Below are positions 26,208-35,105 of a stretch of DNA of 61,686 bases, piece after piece; the stretch's first letter is position 1; each line of letters opens with the position of its first letter. Under the pieces are notes generated by a model that worked only from the letters and a program-made list of their open reading frames with translations, was not told the origin of the DNA and made no database searches. The position numbers were made by a program, and so were the translations under genes. Location: assembly GCA_030018905.1 (NCBI GenBank), contig JASEHJ010000001.1, forward strand, positions 1 through 61,686. Reading direction: 5' to 3'. This DNA comes from a bacterium. Lineage in GTDB: Bacteria > Sysuimicrobiota > Sysuimicrobiia > Sysuimicrobiales > Humicultoraceae.

Positions 26208-26312
26208 GAGGGCAAACGATCGCTGGTAGGAGTTTCCGGGGGGGACTGCGAACTACAAGGGCGCGCGCCGCAGAATTGGCGACGCACAGGTGTCTGCTTG
26301 GGGGGATACTGG

Positions 26313-27305
26313 ATGATGGTTTCTCGTGCGCTAGCGATTGTGACCGTGCTGGTACTGGCCCTCGTAGGGACGTCAGTGCAGGCCCAGCCGCGGCCCGGCT
26401 GGCCCAGGAGCGTGACGATCGGTTCGGCTACGATCGGCGGTGTGTATTTCGTGGTAGCGGGCGGCTATGCGCGGGTGATCGGCGAGAAGATGGGCATGCC
26501 GGCCACCAACCGGGTCACCGGCGGCCCGGTGCAGAACGTGCAGCTCGTCCAGACCAAGGAGATCGAGCTGGGCATGACCACGACTGGGCCGGCCTACGAG
26601 GGCCTCAACGGCCTCGGGGACTTCAAGGGCAAGAAGACCGACGCGATCCGCGTGGCATTCCCGATGTACACCTCGTACGCGCACTGGATCGTCAGCGCCG
26701 ACTCGCCGATCCGATCGGTCGCCGACCTTACCGGCAAGGTGGTGAGCCTGGGTCCGCGCGGCGGCTCGGCGGAGTTCGTCGGTGACCGGGTGCTCGAGCT
26801 GTTCGGGATCAAGCCCCGGCGGGTGGTATACCTGGGCTTCGCAGACGGCGCCACCGCGATGCGCGACGGCACCGTGGACACCAACTTCGGGGTGATCGGC
26901 CTGCCGGTTCCGGCCTGGGTTGAGGCCTCGCTCACCCGGCCGACGCGGTTCTTCGGGTTCACCAAGGATCAGGTTGACACGCTTACTGAGAAGTTCCCCT
27001 ACCTGGCGCGCACCGCGATCCGCGCCGGCGTCTACCGCGGCCAGGACTACGTTATCCCGACCCTGCAGATGTGGAACGCGGCGGTCGTGCACAAAGACAT
27101 GCCGGAGGATTTCGTCTATACGCTCGTCAAGACGATCTTCGACAACCGCGAGTTCCTGGCGATAGTCCATGCTACGTCGCACGAGACCCTGCCGGTGAAC
27201 CTCTTCTACATCAAGTTGCCGCTGCACCCTGGCGCGGTGCGCTACTTCCGTGAGCAGGGGGTGAAGATCAGCGACGAGCAGATCCCGCCCGAGATGAAGC
27301 GGTAG
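26313..27305 (+). CDS. TRAP transporter solute-binding protein, TAXI family
   Basis: Signal peptide MMVSRALAIVTVLVLALVGTSVQA, then SVTIGSATIGGVYFVVAGGYARVIGEK...GGPVQNVQLV, typical of TAXI receptors. GGGGGGA lies 6 nt before ATG 26313; the track TTG 26298 is unlikely. Confidence 0.85.
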   Translation: MMVSRALAIVTVLVLALVGTSVQAQPRPGWPRSVTIGSATIGGVYFVVAGGYARVIGEKMGMPATNRVTGGPVQNVQLVQTKEIELGMTTTGPAYEGLNGLGDFKGKKTDAIRVAFPMYTSYAHWIVSADSPIRSVADLTGKVVSLGPRGGSAEFVGDRVLELFGIKPRRVVYLGFADGATAMRDGTVDTNFGVIGLPVPAWVEASLTRPTRFFGFTKDQVDTLTEKFPYLARTAIRAGVYRGQDYVIPTLQMWNAAVVHKDMPEDFVYTLVKTIFDNREFLAIVHATSHETLPVNLFYIKLPLHPGAVRYFREQGVKISDEQIPPEMKR

Positions 27306-27310
27306 CGCCG

Positions 27311-29257
27311 GTGGCCGCCCTACCGGCCGGTCTGCCGGTTGACATCGATCAGATCGGGGACACCTCGGAGTTCCGCACGCGCCCACTCCGGGGTGTCCTC
27401 CGCCTGCTGGTTCAGGCGCTTGGGATCGGGATGGCCGCCTATCACATCCTGCAACTCGGCGGCTTCTTTGGGGTCGTTACAGACCCGCAGAAGCTGTACG
27501 CCGTCCACCTGGCCTTCGTGGTGGTGTTCGCGTTCCTGCTGATCCCAGGCAGGCGCGCCTCGGCCGCGGCGCCGACCATCTTCGACTGGATACTGATCCT
27601 GGCCAGCCTGATCGTATTGGTCTATGTGTTCGCGACCTTCAAGGCGCTGACCGGGAGGGCCGGTGTCTTCCCCACGCGCGAGGACGTCATCGTCGGTACA
27701 CTGCTCGTCATCGTTACCATCGAGGCGGTGCGGAGGGCCACGGGGCTGGCCCTCCCGATCCTCTGCGGGCTGTTCATCTTCTATGTCTTCGCCGGGCCGT
27801 GGCTGCCCGGGTTACTGGCGCACAAGGGGTTCCGGTTCGACACGCTGATATCGTTCCTGTTCAGTGACAACGGGATCTACGGCGTCCCGATTGGCGTCTC
27901 GGCCCGGTATGTCTACCTGTTCATACTCTTCGGGGCGTTCATCGAGGCGTCGGGCATCGGGAAGTTCATCGTGCACCTGGCTCTGTCCGTTGCCGGTAGC
28001 AGGCGCGGCGGGCCGGCCAAGGTCTCGATCATCACAAGCAGCCTGTTCGGGACCGCCAGCGGCTCCTCGGTGGCCAACGTGATGGTGGATGGGGTTATCA
28101 ACATCCCCTTGATGAAGGCCACGGGATTCCGGGGCGCGGTGGCAGGCGGGATCGAGGCCATGAACAGCACCGGCGGGCAGATCGTGCCGCCGGTGATGGG
28201 CGCCGCGGCGTTTCTCATGGCCGACATCATCGGCGTGCCCTACTCAGAGATCGCGGTCGCCGCGATCGGCCCGGCGCTGCTGTACTATGTGGCCGCCTAC
28301 TGGATGATCGACTTGTACTCTGCTTCCTCGAACCTGCACGGGCTCCCGCGGGAGCAACTGCCGCGGTTCCGCGATGTGTTGTTCCGGCACGGTTACCTGC
28401 TGCTGCCGTTGGTGGTGCTCCTGTACATGATCATGGGGGCCGGGGCCTCGCCCTTCCGGGCCGCGCTCTACGCCCTGGCGACGACTGTAGTGCTCTCGTG
28501 GCTGCGGGCGGACACTCGACTGAACCTGCCCAAGATCGTCGGGGCGATGGAGGACGGCGGAAAGCGCATGATCGAGATCGGCGCCACCTGCGCCGCAGCC
28601 GGCATCATCGTTGGCGTGCTCTCCCTGACCGGGCTGGGGGGCAAGTTCTCCGAGTTGCTCATTGACCTGGCCGGCGGACGGCTGCTCCCGGCGCTGATCG
28701 CCACCATGGTGGTGGCCATAATCCTGGGCATGGGGATGCCCACGACCGCGGCGTACGCCATCGGCGCCAGCGTGCTGGCGCCGGCGCTGATCAAGCTCGG
28801 CGTGGTCCCCCTGGCCGCCCACATGTTCCTGCTCTACTTCGCCGTGATCTCGGCGATCACGCCGCCGGTGGCCCTGGCCTCGTTTGCGGCCGCCGGGTTG
28901 GCGAAGGCGCCGATGTGGGATACCGCGATCCAGGCGGTGCGGCTGTCGATTGCGGGCTTCCTCGTGCCGTACATGTTTGTCTACGGGCCGGCGTTGCTTG
29001 CTGGGCAGGGACCGTGGCTACACACGGTGCTGGCGCTTGCCACCGGGACGATCGGCACGCTCTGCCTGGCCGGCGCCGCCATCGGCTACCTCCTGCGGCC
29101 TGCGACCGTGGTGGAACGGCTGCTTCTTCTTCCGGCGGCCCTGCTGCTGATCAGGCCTGGGCTGGTCACCGACGGCCTTGGGCTGGGACTGCTGGCCGTG
29201 GTGGTCGTCCTGCAGCGGATGGCGCCTAGAGGTTCCCGGAAACTGCCCGCCACCTGA
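27311..29257 (+). CDS. TRAP transporter fused permease (4TM/12TM, TAXI-associated)
   Basis: 648-aa polytopic membrane protein immediately after the TAXI receptor. Its length and composition fit fused DctQM-type permeases. Confidence 0.8.
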   Translation: MAALPAGLPVDIDQIGDTSEFRTRPLRGVLRLLVQALGIGMAAYHILQLGGFFGVVTDPQKLYAVHLAFVVVFAFLLIPGRRASAAAPTIFDWILILASLIVLVYVFATFKALTGRAGVFPTREDVIVGTLLVIVTIEAVRRATGLALPILCGLFIFYVFAGPWLPGLLAHKGFRFDTLISFLFSDNGIYGVPIGVSARYVYLFILFGAFIEASGIGKFIVHLALSVAGSRRGGPAKVSIITSSLFGTASGSSVANVMVDGVINIPLMKATGFRGAVAGGIEAMNSTGGQIVPPVMGAAAFLMADIIGVPYSEIAVAAIGPALLYYVAAYWMIDLYSASSNLHGLPREQLPRFRDVLFRHGYLLLPLVVLLYMIMGAGASPFRAALYALATTVVLSWLRADTRLNLPKIVGAMEDGGKRMIEIGATCAAAGIIVGVLSLTGLGGKFSELLIDLAGGRLLPALIATMVVAIILGMGMPTTAAYAIGASVLAPALIKLGVVPLAAHMFLLYFAVISAITPPVALASFAAAGLAKAPMWDTAIQAVRLSIAGFLVPYMFVYGPALLAGQGPWLHTVLALATGTIGTLCLAGAAIGYLLRPATVVERLLLLPAALLLIRPGLVTDGLGLGLLAVVVVLQRMAPRGSRKLPAT

Positions 29258-29279
29258 AATACTGATCCACTCTGTCCGA

Positions 29280-29311
29280 TGTAGACAGCGGGGCTCTCCC
29301 CGCTGTCTACA
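29280..29311 (+). promoter_or_regulatory. Perfect 14-bp stem / 4-nt loop hairpin ending on the A of the comM ATG
   Basis: TGTAGACAGCGGGG (29280-29293), loop CTCT, CCCCGCTGTCTACA (29298-29311). No U-tract follows. Confidence 0.8.
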
Positions 29312-30837
29312 TGCTTGCCGCCGTCTTGAGCGCAACGATCGTAGGTCTTGAAGCCCTGCCCGTGTCCGTGGAGGTGGATGCCGGGCCTGGCCTGCCGACC
29401 TTTGCCATCGTAGGCCTGCCTGATCCCGCGGTGCAGGAGGCGCGGGAGCGGGTGCGGTCGGCCATCCGCAACTCCCACTATGAGATCCCTCCGCGGCGGA
29501 CCATCGTGAACCTGGCGCCCGGGGACAGGCGCAAGGAGGGGCCGGCACTCGACCTGCCGATCGCCCTGGCAGTGTTGGTCGCCACCGGCCAGCTGGCACA
29601 GCAGGCGGTCGCGGGCCATCTGGCGGTCGGTGAACTGGGCCTGGACGGCTCGGTGCGGTCCGTTCCCGGCGTGCTGGCAGTGGCACAGGCGGCCCGGGCG
29701 CTTCACGCCCGCGCCTTGCTGGTCCCTGAGGCGAACGCGCGGGAAGCGGCCGCCGGCGAGGAGGTACCAGTCTATGCGATCCCCACCCTGCGGGCAGCCG
29801 TGCAGCACCTCCAGGGAACCCACCCCATTCGGGCGACGGAAGGCACGGTGCTCGAACCCCCTTCGGAAGATGCGGCACCGGACGATCTGGCCGAGGTACG
29901 CGGCCAGGGAGCCGCTCGCCGCGCCCTGGAGATCGCGGGCGCGGGCGGCCACAACCTGCTGCTCATCGGGCCGCCCGGGGTCGGGAAGACCATGCTCGCG
30001 CGCCGGCTGCCGACGATCCTTCCTCGGCTGTCGGGCGCGGAAGCCGTTGAGGTGACCAAGATCTACAGCGTCGCAGGACTGCTGCCGGCCTGGCAGGGTC
30101 TGATCACCCGGCGCCCGTTCAGAGCGCCGCACCACGCCGCCAGCGCGCCGGCGATCGTTGGTGGCGGCCCCGGCGTGCGGCCGGGCGAGATCACGCTCGC
30201 CCACCACGGCGTGCTGTTCCTGGACGAACTGCCGGAGTTCCGGCACGACGTGCTGGAAGGGCTGCGCCAGCCGATGGAGGATGGGGTCGTGGTTGTGGCC
30301 CGCATCCACGGTACCGTGCGGTTCCCCGCGCGGTTCTCTCTTGTTGCGGCGATGAACCCGTGCCCGTGCGGGTATCGTGGCGACCATCGCCGCGACTGCA
30401 CCTGCACCCCAGGGCGGTTGCAGCAGTATCTGGCCCGGCTATCCGGTCCCTTGCTGGACCGGATAGACCTCCATGTCGAGGTGCCGCGGCCCCTGACCGA
30501 TGAGATGCTCTCAGGCGAACCTGGCGAACCATCCAGCGCAGTGCGCGCGCGGGTGACCGCGGCGCGCATGCGGGCGACCACCCGCGCCGCGGTCTGCCAG
30601 GCAGAGGGCCTGCTTCTGCGCGGACCGCAACGGTGGGGTCCGGTGAGCGCTGAGGCGCTGGCCTTTATGCGTGTCGCCGCCGACCGGCTCGTGCTGGCCG
30701 CCCGGGCCACGGAGCGGGTTCTCAGGGTTGCACGCACGATCGCCGACCTGGAGGGTACCGAGGCGGTCGCGGTGCAACACCTCGCCGAAGCCCTCCGGTA
30801 CCGCGTGCTAGACCGGTGGGCACCGCCGGTTCCTTGA
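29311..30837 (+). CDS. comM: YifB/ComM family Mg-chelatase-like AAA+ ATPase
   Basis: N-terminal Lon-protease-like domain (VEVD...GLPDPAVQEARERVRSAI), Walker A GPPGVGKTM, and GVLFLDELPEF. Confidence 0.9.
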   Translation: MLAAVLSATIVGLEALPVSVEVDAGPGLPTFAIVGLPDPAVQEARERVRSAIRNSHYEIPPRRTIVNLAPGDRRKEGPALDLPIALAVLVATGQLAQQAVAGHLAVGELGLDGSVRSVPGVLAVAQAARALHARALLVPEANAREAAAGEEVPVYAIPTLRAAVQHLQGTHPIRATEGTVLEPPSEDAAPDDLAEVRGQGAARRALEIAGAGGHNLLLIGPPGVGKTMLARRLPTILPRLSGAEAVEVTKIYSVAGLLPAWQGLITRRPFRAPHHAASAPAIVGGGPGVRPGEITLAHHGVLFLDELPEFRHDVLEGLRQPMEDGVVVVARIHGTVRFPARFSLVAAMNPCPCGYRGDHRRDCTCTPGRLQQYLARLSGPLLDRIDLHVEVPRPLTDEMLSGEPGEPSSAVRARVTAARMRATTRAAVCQAEGLLLRGPQRWGPVSAEALAFMRVAADRLVLAARATERVLRVARTIADLEGTEAVAVQHLAEALRYRVLDRWAPPVP

Positions 30838-30843
30838 CATCCC

Positions 30844-32004
30844 ATGCTACCGTATAGGATGGGTTTGGGGATCCCGCCGCCTGAGGCGCCTGCGCCGGCG
30901 TCAGGGGACGAGGTTGCAGCCTGGGTAGGCCTCAGCCGCCTGCCAGGCGTGGGACCCAGGACGATCGCAGGATGGGTGGGCCGGGCAGGATCGGCATGGG
31001 CCGTCTGGCAACACCTGCCCGCCTTCATCCAGAAGCGGGCGGATGCGGCAGAGATCCTGGCGGCCTGGAGGAAGGTTGATCCTGCCGCGATCTTAGAAGG
31101 CGCCCGATCGTTGGGCCTGACGGTGCTGGCGGCCTGCGATCCCGGGTTTCCCGCACTCCTGCGGGCGATCCCGGATCCGCCGCCCGTGCTGTACGTTCGG
31201 GGCAGCCTCGATGAGGCGGCCTCGGTTGCGGTTGTGGGGTCGCGCCGGGCCACCCCCTATGGGCTGGCGGCCGCCGAGAGATTGGCGTTCGATCTTGCGC
31301 AGGAGGGCGTAACGATCGTGAGCGGGCTGGCCCGAGGTATTGATAGTGCCGCGCACAAGGCGGCGCTGGACGGGGGCGGGCGGACGGTCGCGGTGCTGGG
31401 TTGCGGCGCAGACGTAACCTACCCTCCTGAGCACCGGCGGCTGGCTCTGGCGGTTGCGGCGCGGGGAGCGTTGGTGAGTGAGTTCCCGCCTGGGACGCCA
31501 CCGCTGCCCGGCCACTTCCCGCGGCGCAACCGCCTCATCAGCGGCCTTGCACTGGGCGTGGTGGTGATCGAGGGTGCCGGGGACAGCGGTGCGCTTGTGA
31601 CGGTGGACTACGCGCTGGACCAGGGCCGCGAGGTCTTCGCCGTGCCCGGCAGCATCTTCAGCGCGCGCAGCGCCGCGCCGCACAGCCTGCTGCGGCAGGG
31701 CGCGTGCATGGTGGAGAACGCAGGTGACATCCTGACCGAGCTGGGACTGGGGTCCTCGGTGCGGTCCGGGCCCGGGGGACCGTGCGGCGTTCCGGTACCC
31801 GCAGGGGGCGCGGAGGGAGCTGCGCGCCTGCTGGCCCTGCTGGAGGGAGGCCCCCTGCGCCTCGACGAGCTGGCAGAGCAGGCTTCGCTGTCGGCGGCCG
31901 CGGTAGGCGCGCTGGTCACCATGCTGGAGATGCGGGGTCTGATCCGGACCCTTCCAGGGCAGATGGTGATGCGTAGCCCGGCAGGGCGGGGCAGCGGCGG
32001 CTAG
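30844..32004 (+). CDS. dprA: DNA-processing protein DprA (Smf)
   Basis: VAVVGSRRATPYG...IVSGLARGIDSAAH...GVVVIEGAGDSGALVT Rossmann-like DprA core. Confidence 0.9.
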   Translation: MLPYRMGLGIPPPEAPAPASGDEVAAWVGLSRLPGVGPRTIAGWVGRAGSAWAVWQHLPAFIQKRADAAEILAAWRKVDPAAILEGARSLGLTVLAACDPGFPALLRAIPDPPPVLYVRGSLDEAASVAVVGSRRATPYGLAAAERLAFDLAQEGVTIVSGLARGIDSAAHKAALDGGGRTVAVLGCGADVTYPPEHRRLALAVAARGALVSEFPPGTPPLPGHFPRRNRLISGLALGVVVIEGAGDSGALVTVDYALDQGREVFAVPGSIFSARSAAPHSLLRQGACMVENAGDILTELGLGSSVRSGPGGPCGVPVPAGGAEGAARLLALLEGGPLRLDELAEQASLSAAAVGALVTMLEMRGLIRTLPGQMVMRSPAGRGSGG

Positions 32005-32035
32005 AAGCCAGGAGACCGGTTTTCCGGAGGTTGGG

Positions 32036-34201
32036 ATGAGCCCTGCAAGAGCCCTCGTCGTCGTCGAATCGCCTACCAAGGCGCGGACGCTCAGCAAGAT
32101 GCTGGCGCGATCCCACCAGATCAAGGCATCCATGGGCCACGTCAAAGATCTGCCCAAGAGCCGGCTCGGCGTGGACGTGGACGACAACTTCACACCGCGT
32201 TACATCTTGATCAAGGGCAAGGGCACCATCGTTAAGGAGTTGAAAGAGGCAGCCAAGAAGGCCTCAACGATCTACATGGCTACCGACCCTGACCGTGAGG
32301 GCGAGGCCATCTCCTGGCACCTCTCAGAGGTCCTCCGGCCCGTCAACCCGGCGATACGGCGCATCGAGTTCCACGAGGTGACCCGCGAGGCGGTCCGGCG
32401 CGCGCTCGAAAACCCGCGTGAGATAGACAAGCAGCTCGTGGATGCCCAGCAGGCCCGCCGGATCCTGGACCGGCTCGTCGGATACAAGCTGAGCCCGCTC
32501 CTCTGGCGCAAGGTTCGCGGCGGCCTCAGCGCGGGCCGCGTGCAGTCGGTCGCCGTGCGGCTGATCGTGGACCGCGAGCGCGAGATCGAGGCCTTCGTTC
32601 CCAGGGAGTACTGGTCGCTGGCAGGAATGTTTCGGACCGCCTCCGACCAGACATTCCTGGCACGCCTGCTCACGCGAGACGGGGAGCGGATTGGCGCTCC
32701 CCAGGAAGAGGGCGCCGTGGTCATCGCGACCGAGGCCGAGGCGCGCGCGCTGACCGCCGAGCTCGAAGGGGTGTCGTACGCGGTCGGCGAGGTTCGGCGC
32801 AGGGACCAGGCGCGCAATCCGGCGCCGCCGTTTACGACCAGCACGATGCAGCAGGAAGCCAACCGCAAGTTGGGATTCTCGGCCACGCGCACGATGGCCG
32901 TGGCCCAGCAGCTCTACGAGGGGCTGGACGCGGGGGCCGAGGGCACGGTCGGCCTCATCACATATATGCGCACCGACTCGGTGCGCGTGGCCGACTCGGC
33001 GCAGCACGAGGCCCGTGACTACATCGCCCGGGTGTTCGGTGATGCGTATCTCACGGACAAGCCCAGGCAGTATCGCTCGCGCCGCAACGCCCAGGATGCT
33101 CACGAAGCGATCAGGCCCACGGGTCTGGCGCGAACTCCCGATCGCCTCAAGCCGCACCTCCGGTCGGACCAGTTCCGGCTGTACAGGTTGATCTGGGAGC
33201 GGTTCCTGGCCAGCCAGATGGCGTCGGCGGTCCTGGACACGCTATCCGTGGATGTCACCGGCGGCCGTTTCGCGTTCCGCGCCACCGGCAGCCGGATCAA
33301 GTTCCCCGGTTTCCTCATCCTGTACCGCGAGGCCACCGACAACGGTGACGACGAGCGCGAGGGTTGGCTGCCGCCGCTTGTGTCCGGCGACCCTCTGACC
33401 CTCGATGGGGTAACCCCTGAGCAGCACTTCACGCAGCCGCCGCCCCGCTATACCGAGGCCTCCTTGGTGCGTACCCTGGAGGAGAAGGGGATCGGTCGGC
33501 CCAGCACGTATGCGCCCACGATCGAGACCATCAAGAAGCGCGGCTATGTTGCATCGCGCGAGCGCAGACTGGTCCCGACCGAAGTCGGACAGATGGTGAC
33601 CGACATCCTGGTGGAGCACTTCCCGGATATCGTGGACGTGGACTTCACCGCCGGCCTCGAGAGCGATCTGGACCGCATCGAGGAGGGCGAGGCCGACTGG
33701 GTGCAGATCGTACGCGACTTCTACGAGCCCTTTGCGCAAACACTTGAGCGCGCCGAGGCCAGGATTCCGGTGGTCGAGGTGCCCGAGGTTGAGATCGGCG
33801 AACCGTGCCCGCAATGCGGCCGACCGCTGGTGCGCAAGCACGGTCGGTTCGGGGAGTTCATCGCGTGCTCGGGCTATCCCGAGTGCAGGTACACGCGGCC
33901 GGTGGGCATCGGCGTGGTCTGTCCTAAGTGCGGGGCGGAGATCGTGGCGCGCCGCACCAAGCGCGGTCGAACCTTCTACGGTTGCAGCGCCTATCCGACC
34001 TGTACCTTCACCTCCTGGGACCGACCCGGCGACCGCCCGTGCGCGCAGTGCGGTGGGATGACGGTGATCAAGCGCACCCGGCGCGGGGACGAGGTGCGCT
34101 GCACTAACAAGGCCTGCGGCCATCGGGTGTCGCTGCGTGAGACGGCCCGTCCGGATGCGCCGCGCGCGGCCTCCGCGGCCCCAGCGCCTCCGGCGGGATA
34201 G
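32036..34201 (+). CDS. topA: DNA topoisomerase I
   Basis: TOPRIM start LVVVESPTKA, catalytic Tyr region (ITYMRTDS), and three C-terminal C4 zinc ribbons (CPQCG...C..YPEC, CPKCG..., CAQCG...). Confidence 0.95.
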   Translation: MSPARALVVVESPTKARTLSKMLARSHQIKASMGHVKDLPKSRLGVDVDDNFTPRYILIKGKGTIVKELKEAAKKASTIYMATDPDREGEAISWHLSEVLRPVNPAIRRIEFHEVTREAVRRALENPREIDKQLVDAQQARRILDRLVGYKLSPLLWRKVRGGLSAGRVQSVAVRLIVDREREIEAFVPREYWSLAGMFRTASDQTFLARLLTRDGERIGAPQEEGAVVIATEAEARALTAELEGVSYAVGEVRRRDQARNPAPPFTTSTMQQEANRKLGFSATRTMAVAQQLYEGLDAGAEGTVGLITYMRTDSVRVADSAQHEARDYIARVFGDAYLTDKPRQYRSRRNAQDAHEAIRPTGLARTPDRLKPHLRSDQFRLYRLIWERFLASQMASAVLDTLSVDVTGGRFAFRATGSRIKFPGFLILYREATDNGDDEREGWLPPLVSGDPLTLDGVTPEQHFTQPPPRYTEASLVRTLEEKGIGRPSTYAPTIETIKKRGYVASRERRLVPTEVGQMVTDILVEHFPDIVDVDFTAGLESDLDRIEEGEADWVQIVRDFYEPFAQTLERAEARIPVVEVPEVEIGEPCPQCGRPLVRKHGRFGEFIACSGYPECRYTRPVGIGVVCPKCGAEIVARRTKRGRTFYGCSAYPTCTFTSWDRPGDRPCAQCGGMTVIKRTRRGDEVRCTNKACGHRVSLRETARPDAPRAASAAPAPPAG

Positions 34202-34214
34202 GGGGCGGCAGGGC

Positions 34215-35105
34215 ATGGGCGCGCCGGCTCCCGACCCCGAGGTCAGGGCGTTCCTTGAAATGCTGGAGGCCGAGCAGGCCGCATCGCCGCACACGCGCGC
34301 AGCCTATCGTAGCGACCTCGACGCCTTCCGGACGTTCCTGCGGGGCGAGGGCATCGCGGGTTGGGAACAGGTTACCTCCATCGCGGTCCGTCGCTATGTG
34401 GCGGCGCTCCACCGTCGCTACGCACGGGCCTCGGTCGCCCGCCACGTCTCGACCCTGCGCTCATTCTACCGATTCCTGCGCCGTGGGGGACGCGTCGAAA
34501 CCAGCCCCCTGCGGTTGGCCTCGACTCCCCGAGGCCGCCGTCGGCTTCCCTCCGCGCTCACCCATGAAGCGATCACGGCGCTGCTGGCGGCCCCCCCTCT
34601 GGATCAGCCCGCCGGCCTGCGGGATCGCGCCATCCTCGAACTCCTCTACGCGGGAGGGTTTCGCGTAGGCGAACTTGTCTCCATCCGGTGCGCTCAACTC
34701 TGTGACGACGAGATACGCGTGCGCGGCAAGGGGAACAAGGAACGGCTGGTGCTGATCGGCGCGCAGGCGGTTGCGGCGCTGCGGCGCTACCTGTCCCACG
34801 GCAGGCCGCGCCTGCTGCGGGGCGAGACCGAGGCGCTGTTCCTCAGCGCCCGCGGCAGGCCGCTATCTGGGCGGGCCGTGCAGCTCATCGTCGGGCGCTG
34901 GGTCAGGGTCGCCGCCCTGGCGCAGCGCGTCAGCCCGCACGTTATCCGCCACACCTTTGCAACGCATCTGCTGGACGGCGGCGCCGACTTGCGCGTCGTT
35001 CAGGAGCTGCTGGGGCACGCGAGCCTCTCCACGACCCAGATCTACACGCACGTCTCGCGCGACCATCTCAAGCGCATCTACGCGTCGGCGCACCCGAGGG
35101 CGTGA
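34215..35105 (+). CDS. xerC: Tyrosine recombinase XerC/CodV
   Basis: SPHTRAAYRSDL..., RDRAILELLYAGGFRVGEL, HVIRHTFATHLL, and LGHASLSTTQIYTHV with the catalytic Tyr. ATG 34215 follows the topA stop. Confidence 0.9.
   Translation: MGAPAPDPEVRAFLEMLEAEQAASPHTRAAYRSDLDAFRTFLRGEGIAGWEQVTSIAVRRYVAALHRRYARASVARHVSTLRSFYRFLRRGGRVETSPLRLASTPRGRRRLPSALTHEAITALLAAPPLDQPAGLRDRAILELLYAGGFRVGELVSIRCAQLCDDEIRVRGKGNKERLVLIGAQAVAALRRYLSHGRPRLLRGETEALFLSARGRPLSGRAVQLIVGRWVRVAALAQRVSPHVIRHTFATHLLDGGADLRVVQELLGHASLSTTQIYTHVSRDHLKRIYASAHPRA

Noticed and set aside
26298-26312. TTG 26298 as the TAXI receptor start
   Set aside because: The GGGGGGA it would translate is better explained as the Shine-Dalgarno for ATG 26313, which yields a standard signal peptide.
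34215-35105. A tyrosine recombinase as a marker of an integrated element bordering the GT2 island
   Set aside because: Its sequence and its position directly after topA match housekeeping XerC/CodV. No att-like repeat, tRNA target or phage/ICE genes are nearby.
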